Positions 25,887 to 33,992 of a DNA stretch of 42,995 nucleotides are shown one piece after another (position 1 is the first letter of the stretch; each line of letters starts with the position of its first letter). Under the pieces are notes generated by a model. It worked only from the letters and a program-made list of their open reading frames with translations, searched no databases and had not been told where the DNA came from. Made by a program: the position numbers and the translations under genes. This stretch comes from a virus (Duplodnaviria; Caudoviricetes), in the IMG/VR virus record IMGVR_UViG_3300049458_000001, positions 1 through 42,995 of that record; one strand, 5' to 3'.

Positions 25887-26246
25887 ATGCTGAGAATGAT
25901 TGAACGTCACACCCACTACCACACCCACCATCATCGCCATCTCGAGGCGCGCTGCGAGGTCATGCGCAGGCTCGATGCTCTTGAAGACAAAATTGACCTC
26001 GTTTTAGAAGGAAATGAATCCATCATGGCTACACTTGACGAACTGAACGCTGCTCTCACCACGATCTCATCTGAAGTGGATAAGGTATCAGCCGATACCG
26101 ATAACCTTCTGGCCAAGCTCGCCAGCATCCCGACCGGCGGCCTCACTCCCGAGCAACAGGCCGCGATCGATTCGGCTGTGACTTCTGCGACGGCGATTGC
26201 TGATCGCCTGAAAGCACTCGACGACAAGGTCCCGGACGCGGCCTGA
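25887..26246 (+). CDS. His-rich coiled-coil protein (possible internal start at 26025)
   Basis: HTHYHTHHHRH then heptads; AAGGA upstream of in-frame ATG 26025. Confidence 0.7.
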   Translation: MLRMIERHTHYHTHHHRHLEARCEVMRRLDALEDKIDLVLEGNESIMATLDELNAALTTISSEVDKVSADTDNLLAKLASIPTGGLTPEQQAAIDSAVTSATAIADRLKALDDKVPDAA

Positions 26247-26247
26247 C

Positions 26248-26463
26248 ATGCGCTGCATTATCCTCTGCGCCTGCGTTTTGGTATCGACGCAGGCGCAAGC
26301 CTATATCCCGAACAATACGTCGTCGTTCGGTGTGTACTCAAAGGCCTATACCGACCGTCAGCAGGCCAAGCGTTGGCGCTGGCTATGCCGGGGCGCCGGC
26401 CGCTACCAGGCCATGAGCGAGGCCTATGAAGCCGGGAAACGCGATCCCTGTAACTCTCGCTGA
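26248..26463 (+). CDS. Small secreted protein
   Basis: Signal peptide MRCIILCACVLVSTQAQA; two Cys in the mature part. Confidence 0.55.
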   Translation: MRCIILCACVLVSTQAQAYIPNNTSSFGVYSKAYTDRQQAKRWRWLCRGAGRYQAMSEAYEAGKRDPCNSR

Positions 26464-26488
26464 CCCAATCCACAATCTAACCTGACTA

Positions 26489-26511
26489 GGCTCCCTTTGG
26501 GGGCCCTTTTT
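26489..26511 (+). terminator. Terminator-like hairpin before the BNR-4 gene
   Basis: GGCTCCC-TTT-GGGGGCC followed by CTTTTT. Confidence 0.5.
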
Positions 26512-26526
26512 ACTTTTGGAGACGTG

Positions 26527-29250
26527 ATGGCATTCGGAAAGCTCGGATCTCTTGGCCGTGGATTCGGCACTTTCGGTGCCCTTGGGAGAGCGGGGACGGG
26601 GGGCGGTGGCTTCACCATCACCACCTACCTCGAGGACCACTTCAACAACACGGGTGGCGCGAACGTCTCCCTGGTTGGGTGGGTGCCTGACACGAAGGGG
26701 AATGTCGCCTGGTCCAAGAATACGGTATCCCCGACCGATAACGCCCAGGTGGCATCCGCGACTGACAATGTGATCGGCACCGATGCGACGGGATCGTACT
26801 ACGTCAACAAGTCAACCCTCCCGGTCTCCGATTACCAGATTTCAGCCAATTTGGCGGACACCTTCGGTGCGAGCGTTCTGGCGCGCTTCTCCGACACAGC
26901 TCTGACTGGGTATCAGGTTTTCCGGGACAGCACGAACACGTCCGCAACTTATGGGTTCACGCTTCGCCGTGGCAATGCCGGAACGTTCGTCAACATCGGG
27001 GCTGTTGGAGCCTTCCCGTCCAATAATGTTGTCCTCTCGACCTGGGTTATGTCAGACCGCGTCCGGTTCAAGCTTCAGGACTTCACCACTGGCGGCACGG
27101 TAATCGTTGACGACGTTTCGGGATCGCAGGTCACCGCGCAGAACTTCCCCGGCCTCAGCGTCAGGACAACGGCAGAGGTGGACGACTTCGTCGTCACCAA
27201 TGTTCCCCCGGTGGCTCGCGGCGGATCTCAGCTTACCGCAAACGGGATCTGGACTTGGTTCAATGACCCGCGCGCCATCACGGTCAATGGCAAAACGTAT
27301 TTCAGCTATGTCACAGCCGCCGGCAGCATCATGCTGGCGCGGCTTGACGGTGGCATCGTTGTTACCGAAGTCGTCGTCTCTTCTGCGCTCGAACAGGACG
27401 ACCACGACAACGGCGGTCTCATCGTCCTTCCGGGCGGCCGCATCGCTGTGTTCTATTCGAAGCATTCGTCCGACACCGTTGGCATGCGGTATCGTGTATC
27501 GACCAATCCGCTGCCGGATATTTCATCGTTCAACGCCGAAGTGCAGATTTCAAACGGCGGCGTGGACTCGACGGCATACGCAAAACCCTACTACTTCGCC
27601 GACGACAACAAGATCAGGCTTTACTATCGCTCGGCGACGACGACCACGCGCCCGCAGAAGGTTGCCATTGCAGACGCCACGCTGATTGAGGCCGGCACGG
27701 CGACCTGGAGCACGAATTCCGTCCTGAACATCGCCAATAATCGGCCGTATGTTCTGATGGTGCAGAACGTCGCCAATCGCGTCGATTTCTTCATGACGAA
27801 CGGCCATCCGAACGAGGTGGCTACGTCGATCTACCACATGTACATGACCGTCAGCGGCGGCGTGGAGAGCTATTTTACGACCGACGGCACTCCGATCTCT
27901 GGTGGCCTGCCAATCGATCCCAGCACCTCCGCAACGTTGATTGACGGCACGACTGGTGGGCGTTCGTGGAACTGGTCAATTGGTATCGGGGCCGATGGTT
28001 TCCCGCGCGTGCTTTATGCCAAATACCCGTCCAGCACAGGTGCGCGCGACGTTTTCTTCACGGACGTGCAATACTGGCACGGCCGCTGGAACGGCTCGGC
28101 GTGGGTCAAGACGCAGCTCAATTCCGGCCAGCATTCGCTTTATGCCAACGAGAACCACTATCTCGGCGGCATGGCGTTCGATGCCAACGACGTGACTACC
28201 TTCGTCCTTAGCGAGTGGAACAGCACGAACGCCGTCAATAGGCTTGTCGAGTATTCCTTCAATGAATCGACCGGCGTAAAGACGCAGACCCGGATAATCG
28301 CTGATGATCCGAGCTCGCATCAGTTGCGACCCTATAGCCCGCGAAACCACGGCGATGATTGCAAGTGGGTGTGGGCCGAGGGAGGGTATGTATGCTATGG
28401 AGTCGGTTCGGCGCAGGCCAGTACCGTCCCCACACCGCCGGCATTCCCGCCCTATAACACGACGCTGCGTTACGCCACGAAGCAGGGCTACACGCCGCCG
28501 GCTTATAGCTTCATCAATGCTGAAGCTGCGGCGGTCGCTGCCGCGTTCACGACGCCTCCGGTCGATACGCGAAAAATCCTGATGGATAACTTGGTGTCGG
28601 AGCTGAAGTCGGCCGGCATTTGGTCTCTACTCGATGTGTTCTACATTCTTGCGGCGGCGGACAGCCAAGCAGGAACCATCAACTGGATCACGCCGGCCTC
28701 GTTCACGCTCATCCCGGTTAACTCGCCGGGCTTCCTTGCCGACCGTGGTTACATCGGCAACGGCACGACTTCCAGACTTCGAACCCAGTTCATCCCGAGC
28801 ACGAACGGCACGAAGGGTACGCTAAACGACTACTCGCTTTCTGAGTTCTCTCTTACCCAGCTCGATGCTGCCAATCAGGCTGACTTTGGCAGCGTCACCG
28901 CTCCCCGCTCGTTTATCAACCCGCTATCTGGTGGGTTTGCATCGTGGAGTGTCAACGACGCTGGCGGCGGAACGAACCCTGCAAGCGCAAGCTCAATTGG
29001 TCTTTTCCAAGCGCAGCGTACTGACAGCACGGCGACCAGACTGCGCCGGAACGGCGTTCAGATTGGAGCCGACAGGGCGGTCACTTCGACCGCCATCGCG
29101 TCACAAGAGCAGTGGATTTGCGGCGCCGATGCGACGAACTTCTCGGCTCGCCGCATTGCTATGGCGGCTTGGGGTGCGGGTCTCGCAGGTAAGGAAGTCT
29201 CGTTCTACAATATCGTGAACGAGTACCTTCACGCGATCGGGGCGACCTAG
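26527..29250 (+). CDS. 907-aa multidomain protein: Gly-rich leader, lectin-like domain, BNR-4-like beta-propeller, C-terminal LamG-like domain; candidate head fibre / glycan lyase
   Basis: WTWFNDPRA, DDHDN, FYSKH and RPY motifs of BNR-4 propellers; L..AGIW..LD..Y domain seen in phage fibres; GGAGA RBS before ATG 26527. Confidence 0.7.
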   Translation: MAFGKLGSLGRGFGTFGALGRAGTGGGGFTITTYLEDHFNNTGGANVSLVGWVPDTKGNVAWSKNTVSPTDNAQVASATDNVIGTDATGSYYVNKSTLPVSDYQISANLADTFGASVLARFSDTALTGYQVFRDSTNTSATYGFTLRRGNAGTFVNIGAVGAFPSNNVVLSTWVMSDRVRFKLQDFTTGGTVIVDDVSGSQVTAQNFPGLSVRTTAEVDDFVVTNVPPVARGGSQLTANGIWTWFNDPRAITVNGKTYFSYVTAAGSIMLARLDGGIVVTEVVVSSALEQDDHDNGGLIVLPGGRIAVFYSKHSSDTVGMRYRVSTNPLPDISSFNAEVQISNGGVDSTAYAKPYYFADDNKIRLYYRSATTTTRPQKVAIADATLIEAGTATWSTNSVLNIANNRPYVLMVQNVANRVDFFMTNGHPNEVATSIYHMYMTVSGGVESYFTTDGTPISGGLPIDPSTSATLIDGTTGGRSWNWSIGIGADGFPRVLYAKYPSSTGARDVFFTDVQYWHGRWNGSAWVKTQLNSGQHSLYANENHYLGGMAFDANDVTTFVLSEWNSTNAVNRLVEYSFNESTGVKTQTRIIADDPSSHQLRPYSPRNHGDDCKWVWAEGGYVCYGVGSAQASTVPTPPAFPPYNTTLRYATKQGYTPPAYSFINAEAAAVAAAFTTPPVDTRKILMDNLVSELKSAGIWSLLDVFYILAAADSQAGTINWITPASFTLIPVNSPGFLADRGYIGNGTTSRLRTQFIPSTNGTKGTLNDYSLSEFSLTQLDAANQADFGSVTAPRSFINPLSGGFASWSVNDAGGGTNPASASSIGLFQAQRTDSTATRLRRNGVQIGADRAVTSTAIASQEQWICGADATNFSARRIAMAAWGAGLAGKEVSFYNIVNEYLHAIGAT

Positions 29251-29435
29251 GAAACGCTCCTCGCGAACTCCTGCGCCTGCTTCTTAGCGGTCTCCTGATC
29301 GACCTGCTCGGGGCGGAGGCGGCGGCCCGGAATATCGTCCCAATAGAAGTAGACCGACTTCCTGCCGTCCGAGAATCGAACCTCGAAGCTCCCCGTATCT
29401 GGCACGATCGAATGGCGGATGATGCGGACGGTCAT
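29247..29435 (-). CDS. Hypothetical protein (Rhizobiales-type)
   Basis: GSFEVRFSDGRKSVYFYWDD motif; convergent with the late operon. Confidence 0.7.
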   Translation of the reverse strand: MTVRIIRHSIVPDTGSFEVRFSDGRKSVYFYWDDIPGRRLRPEQVDQETAKKQAQEFARSVS

Positions 29436-29546
29436 GGGCGCTCGCTCAGGGAGAGCGCGGAAGTGGGGCCAGCCGGGACTGCTTAGGATGCCAAACTTCG
29501 TACCTAGGCTGCGTGTCCGGCGCAGCCGTGAGGCATCAACCCGTCT

Positions 29547-29738
29547 TCATTCCTTGCCTAGGGCGCTATGGATTGCGCAGGCGAGGGAGGTAACCGAAAT
29601 CTCTTGCTTTACGAAGGGCCACTTGGGACCAATAAAAAGCCACTCGCCATCGTCGTGAATGACGGCATGACCGGAGTGCTCCAGCCAATCAACAATGGTC
29701 CGCTCAATGGTAGTGAAGGTTTCAGCTTGATCAGTCAC
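29547..29738 (-). CDS. Hypothetical protein
   Basis: GTGA coupling with the upstream gene. Confidence 0.6.
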   Translation of the reverse strand: MTDQAETFTTIERTIVDWLEHSGHAVIHDDGEWLFIGPKWPFVKQEISVTSLACAIHSALGKE

Positions 29739-29893
29739 TTTCGCCTCCTGATCGCATTCCGGCTCGTTATCATCTTGTAACCATCCTCAAACTCGACACA
29801 GCAACTATTCATCTTTCCCCGCGCCGTGACCCGGCAGAACTGGCCTTTGCGGTCCTGCCGATTCCAAAAATAGACGTAGGGGTAGTCGGTCAC
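29735..29893 (-). CDS. Small hypothetical protein (SH3-like)
   Basis: RKGQFCRV.ARGKMNSC.VEFEDG..TSRNA.RR; AAGGAG RBS. Confidence 0.65.
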   Translation of the reverse strand: MTDYPYVYFWNRQDRKGQFCRVTARGKMNSCCVEFEDGYKMITSRNAIRRRK

Positions 29894-30090
29894 ACTTTCG
29901 CTCCTTGCCCATCTGTGCTCAAGCGTGCGATCAACTCCGCCACCCGCATTTGAACCCAGCCCATATTGTCTCCCAGGCAATCCCGGAAGCATGGAGCATA
30001 ATGCAGGCCGCCGATATCTGCTTCATCTTGGATCGCCTCCAGGAATTCGCGTGCCTGCCTCCGGTGCGAGGCCTGAACTGTAGGGTGCAT
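29890..30090 (-). CDS. Hypothetical protein
   Basis: Operon tiling. Confidence 0.5.
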   Translation of the reverse strand: MHPTVQASHRRQAREFLEAIQDEADIGGLHYAPCFRDCLGDNMGWVQMRVAELIARLSTDGQGAKV

Positions 30091-30110
30091 GGTTCAATGT
30101 TCCTCGCTTA

Positions 30111-30296
30111 TCAATCCCAGTGCTCTTGGCTGGCAAGGCTTTCGGCCCACTCAACCAGCGCCATCCTCTGCTCAATCTTGAACGTTCCCCACATGTCCTG
30201 GACGTTCTCCGGGACGTGGTTGCGCCAGTCGTGGACCCTTGTTGCCTTGTCCCATTCTGGGTTGAAGGCGGCCCTGGTGATAAAGTCCTGCGCCAT
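30111..30296 (-). CDS. Small Trp-rich phage protein
   Basis: HDWRNHVP...MW..F..EQ...ASQEHWD pattern; RBS present. Function not confidently assigned. Confidence 0.6.
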   Translation of the reverse strand: MAQDFITRAAFNPEWDKATRVHDWRNHVPENVQDMWGTFKIEQRMALVEWAESLASQEHWD

Positions 30297-30586
30297 GGTC
30301 TGGCCCTTCCTGTTTACCAATGCAAATGAATGAATTGACCGGCTATGACGCCAAGAGCGAAGCCAAGAAATATCCCCCAGCACGCGGTCTTTTGAGTTTC
30401 GCTCATGCTCGGTCTCCGTAGTGCTGGACAAGGCGGCTCAGTATCATATCGATCTGATCCCCCTCCTGATCGAGAATTTTGATGATGTCGCCGAGGCATT
30501 CTTCCGCCCGGTCACGTTCCGCCTTGTAGTGGCGGGCGATTGCTTCTTTGAAAGCTATGTGAGCGTCGCTCATGGTCGTTCCCTGC

Positions 30587-30895
30587 TCAAGTGTGCGTAT
30601 CTGGGCGAAATAGCATCAATCCGAAAACCAACTTCACGCCCCAGCTAAAGCCGCAGATCCTGGTGATCTGGAGGTCTTCGGCAACCTTTACTTTGCGTCC
30701 TTCGCCGGTCGTTACATTCTTGTCGTAAGTCGATACAACCATCTCGGTCTTCGGCGGCCCGAAATGGACGCGCGGGGCAAACGACATGACCGCGATCACT
30801 ACTGCGGCGCAGAGGATGACGACCGCGGCACCCAACAATCCAGCCACGACGCTTACGCCGATCCAATAGAATATCAAAGAATATGTATCGCCCAT
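30587..30895 (-). CDS. Membrane protein
   Basis: Long N-terminal hydrophobic segment; GAGG RBS. Confidence 0.55.
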   Translation of the reverse strand: MGDTYSLIFYWIGVSVVAGLLGAAVVILCAAVVIAVMSFAPRVHFGPPKTEMVVSTYDKNVTTGEGRKVKVAEDLQITRICGFSWGVKLVFGLMLFRPDTHT

Positions 30896-30913
30896 GGCAT
30901 CCTCGATGTTCGG

Positions 30914-31150
30914 TCACAATTGCTGTAGCGGCTTGCCGCAATAGCAGCAGTACTTCATCCTATTGTCGGTCGGCGTACCGTCTTCAAAGGTCCACGCCCC
31001 GCCGCATTCAGTTCTCCAGTAGCCATCTGCATCCGCCCATTGACAGGTGCCCCGCACGTCTTTCTGCAGGGCGTCTTCGTAGACACAGAATACGCCTTCA
31101 TCCGGCTGGCAATGGCATTGGGCGCCGTTCTTAAGGATGCAAAGCGTCAC
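30914..31150 (-). CDS. Cys-rich Zn-finger protein
   Basis: W.TECG...YCCYCGKPL motif. Confidence 0.65.
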   Translation of the reverse strand: MTLCILKNGAQCHCQPDEGVFCVYEDALQKDVRGTCQWADADGYWRTECGGAWTFEDGTPTDNRMKYCCYCGKPLQQL

Positions 31151-31365
31151 TGGCGCTCCCCATTCGTCACTGAGAATAGCGCAAAATCGATCTCGCGCAG
31201 GAGGCGATCGCGCTGACGTGGCGCCTCGTCGCTGCCGTCGATGAATTCGCGGGCAGACTCTAAAGCGCTGACAAGCCGACAAACGGGACACTGCTCGTGC
31301 TCGCTGTCCTGGTGGCCGATCTGAATATGTCCATCTCGGCACATATGCCCGTAGGTGTAAGCCAC
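31147..31365 (-). CDS. Small Zn-binding hypothetical protein
   Basis: CRDGH...CPVC; AAGGAG RBS. Confidence 0.6.
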   Translation of the reverse strand: MAYTYGHMCRDGHIQIGHQDSEHEQCPVCRLVSALESAREFIDGSDEAPRQRDRLLREIDFALFSVTNGERQ

Positions 31366-31563
31366 GTCAGAATTCTCCTTGCCTCACTGCCGAAGCGTGG
31401 CGAGGCACAGAAGTGCCAGGCCAGCCGCCCATGATCCGCCGTTCTCTTTGGTGGATGCCTCGTCCCGGATGCGGACCAGTGCCTCGCGCATCTGCCTGAT
31501 GTTCCGTTCCAGTTTCTCAGCTTCGTTCATCGTTTCCCCCGCCAGATCGTGGAAGCCCCACCC

Positions 31564-31800
31564 CTAAAGCTCACGGACAATATCCGCGACGTTTCGCGGC
31601 GGCTTCTTCGTGCGAACAGGGCCATCGCCGCGGTCGCCGGCAGCGCGCCGCCGCTCGACCTCGTCCATGGCCTTATTGATCTCGGCGCACAGCTCCTCCT
31701 TGGTGCAGGGCTGGTCGCCGGGGGTGATCTTGAAGTTGCGGGCCCGGCGGGTCGGATCGCCGAAGAGACGATCCATCAGCCGCTGTTGTTCCGGTCCCAT
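31564..31800 (-). CDS. Hypothetical protein
   Basis: GAGG RBS; operon tiling. Confidence 0.55.
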   Translation of the reverse strand: MGPEQQRLMDRLFGDPTRRARNFKITPGDQPCTKEELCAEINKAMDEVERRRAAGDRGDGPVRTKKPPRNVADIVREL

Positions 31801-31943
31801 CTCTTACCTCTATCCAGTGCGGCCAATCCTCGCCGCGACAGTTGCCCTTCCATGGGCAGAACTTGCACTGGCATCCCGTCCGGTATTCCCAGCGGTAGCC
31901 GGGCCTCTTGCGGCGCGGGGTGCTCAGTGTCCGCATCGCAGGG

Positions 31944-32135
31944 TCAGGGCCGGTAGGCTGCCCGCAGGACAGCCTCCGCGTGCTCGCGCCACTTCTTCTT
32001 GGTGCTGGTTGGCAGCGTCTCCCAGGCATTCAGCTTCTTGCCAGACATCTGGCGCTCGCGGAGCGCCTTAGCGCCCCGATCGATCTCAGCCTCGGTAGGC
32101 GTGCGGGTGTGCAGTCCAAAGTGATCGGCCACCAT
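31944..32135 (-). CDS. Hypothetical protein
   Basis: W..LP...K..WR..AEAVL pattern; GGAGG RBS. Confidence 0.6.
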   Translation of the reverse strand: MVADHFGLHTRTPTEAEIDRGAKALRERQMSGKKLNAWETLPTSTKKKWREHAEAVLRAAYRP

Positions 32136-32138
32136 CTC

Positions 32139-32369
32139 TCAGCCTCCCAGCCGAGCGAGGTTCTTCTTGATCCAGTAGTGCGGCGTCTGCCGTTCGTCGC
32201 AGACCCATGGCTGGCGCTCCCAGGTGGCGAGGCCCATAACTCCTTCAATGATCCCGGTTGAGAGGTAGCCGCGCGGGGTGTGCGCGCCCTCTTTCTCCCG
32301 GAAGGCCATCAGGCCAGGAATGGCGTTTTCCAAATCTCGTTTCGTTCCGTGATTTTCGGTGCCGTCCAT
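32139..32369 (-). CDS. Hypothetical protein starting within the attP region
   Basis: ORF track; first gene downstream of the integrase. Confidence 0.5.
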   Translation of the reverse strand: MDGTENHGTKRDLENAIPGLMAFREKEGAHTPRGYLSTGIIEGVMGLATWERQPWVCDERQTPHYWIKKNLARLGG

Positions 32370-32508
32370 TGGGTGCGCTTTCCATGTAAGTTGTTGAAGT
32401 TGCTAGAGCGGTTAGAATTCCCAGGGCTTTGCCTAATCTTCTAAGTCTTTATCTATACTAACAGATTTCTCGATTTGGAAAACATCTTTCTTGCTGTTTT
32501 CCAAATCT
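32325..32508. other. Putative attP with integrase arm-type repeats
   Basis: GTTTTCCAAATC at 32325 and 32496, inverted copy GATTTGGAAAAC at 32472; AT-rich segment between, overlapping the integrase 3' end. Confidence 0.65.
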
Positions 32509-33569
32509 TGATCTGTTCTGGCCTTCTGCGCCCACATGAAAAGGATCTTGTTCTCCTGATCCACATGGCGCGTGTAGTGCGCGCCCATGCGGGTGTCCCG
32601 ATCGCCGAGAGCCGCTGCAACCTGGTCGTCATTGGCGCCGGTCAGCCGCTTGATCTCCGCCGCGAAGGTGACACGCAGACCGTGCTCGGTCAGCCCCGGA
32701 CCAACCAGCCCATCACGCGCAAGCTGGGTGAGGAAGTTGCTCGACGCCTTCTGAAGCTTGTAGGGCGTCTCCCACGGCTTGCCCTTGCGGAGCGCAATCG
32801 GACCCGTCGCATTCTTCGGCCTGATCCCGGCGAGATAGGCTTGCAGCTCCGGCGACGCCGGCAACCAGTGCGCCTCGGCGTTCTTCTTGTGGCGCATGCG
32901 GAAGCACATGCCGAAGCGCGGATCGGGCTGATAGTTCTCCCACGTCACGACGACAATGCTCTGGCTGCGGTAGCCGAGATGCCGGGCCAGCATATAGGGG
33001 GTCTTGAGCGCATCCCGCGCGCGGGCCATGACCGTCTGCCACTCCTCTGGCCGCCACTCTCGGTTGGCATGGGGATCGGTTTTGGACGCACGCTTGATTC
33101 CGAGAGCCGGGTTGATCTTCATCCAGCCTCGCGGCAGCGCCAGCGCGAACATTGATGAAAGCGCCGTCACCATCTTGTCGGCAAACGCAGGCCATTTTTC
33201 CCGGACGCAGCGGTCCCGCACGGCATAGATATCAGCCGTGGTCAGGTCAGCCAGCGGGAAATCGAACTCGGGCTCAAGATACTTCAGCCGGTCGGTATAC
33301 TCCTCCCGCGTGGTCTTGCTGAGCGCCTTGAACTCGGCAGAATGCTTGAACCAGTGCACCAGCCAGCCCAGGCTTTGCTCTGGATAGTCCCGCTTCTTGC
33401 GGCGCACATTGTAGGCACCAATCATGTCAGGCTGCGCCAGCCGCTTCCGCAGCGCCTCAGGCGTGCCCTCGAACCCGCGCAAGATCGCGTCTCCGGTGGC
33501 CCGGACATAGACGTAATACTTGCCGCGAGCGCGGGCGATCTTAAGCCCCTCCAGCCGCACCTTGACCAC
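32433..33569 (-). CDS. int: Tyrosine recombinase / phage integrase
   Basis: Catalytic R (GYRSQS), K (HKKN), HGLR, Y (HYTR); N-terminal arm-binding beta domain. Confidence 0.93.
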   Translation of the reverse strand: MVKVRLEGLKIARARGKYYVYVRATGDAILRGFEGTPEALRKRLAQPDMIGAYNVRRKKRDYPEQSLGWLVHWFKHSAEFKALSKTTREEYTDRLKYLEPEFDFPLADLTTADIYAVRDRCVREKWPAFADKMVTALSSMFALALPRGWMKINPALGIKRASKTDPHANREWRPEEWQTVMARARDALKTPYMLARHLGYRSQSIVVVTWENYQPDPRFGMCFRMRHKKNAEAHWLPASPELQAYLAGIRPKNATGPIALRKGKPWETPYKLQKASSNFLTQLARDGLVGPGLTEHGLRVTFAAEIKRLTGANDDQVAAALGDRDTRMGAHYTRHVDQENKILFMWAQKARTDQDLENSKKDVFQIEKSVSIDKDLED

Positions 33570-33792
33570 CTAGTCTCTCCCCGAACCGTCGTCCTGTTGG
33601 GGATGTTTGCTTATTCGGGTCGAGCGCAGAAAGCCAGCCATCCAGGCTGGATCTCAACCATCGGTTCCCGCGTGTGGATTCCGTGAGGCAGATCGGCTTG
33701 ACCGGGCAGGCGTTCTTGAACGTGACGACGGACAGCCCGCAATACTCAGCCGCCTCGTTCAGGTTCAGTGCTGCCGGCCACCTTTCATTCAT
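33541..33792 (-). CDS. xis: Excisionase / recombination directionality factor
   Basis: LNLNEAAEYCGLSVVTF winged HTH, W.R..LD.W; overlaps the integrase start. Confidence 0.8.
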   Translation of the reverse strand: MNERWPAALNLNEAAEYCGLSVVTFKNACPVKPICLTESTRGNRWLRSSLDGWLSALDPNKQTSPTGRRFGERLGGQGAAGGA

Positions 33793-33992
33793 GACTGACT
33801 TGCCTCTGTCTTTTCAGAGGGTGCGTGGTCAGCCGGAGGGAGGGCGGCGCAGTGCCTCAGCGCGGCGATTGCTGCGTTGATGATCTCGCCACGTGGAAGG
33901 AGGTAGCGGACGCCCTTGTGCACGTCATACCGCGGCTTCTCCAGGATCGAAGCATAAAGCAGCATCGTCTCCGGAGGTGGCAGGGCGCTCAT
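33789..33992 (-). CDS. Hypothetical protein
   Basis: ATGA coupling in the early-left operon. Confidence 0.55.
   Translation of the reverse strand: MSALPPPETMLLYASILEKPRYDVHKGVRYLLPRGEIINAAIAALRHCAALPPADHAPSEKTEASQS

Noticed and set aside
18720-29250. Diversity-generating retroelement or invertible tail-fibre cassette
   Set aside because: No reverse transcriptase, TR/VR pair, invertase or duplicated fibre ends were seen.
5201-29250. Stop-codon reassignment
   Set aside because: Core genes are full length and tile tightly under the standard code, using TAA, TAG and TGA as stops.
30091-30112. GTTC-aat-GTTC as a LexA box
   Set aside because: Spacing is 3 nt, not the 7 nt of the alphaproteobacterial SOS box.
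32370-32432. tRNA gene or tRNA-derived att core
   Set aside because: No cloverleaf, T-arm or CCA could be built. No tRNA was seen anywhere in the window.
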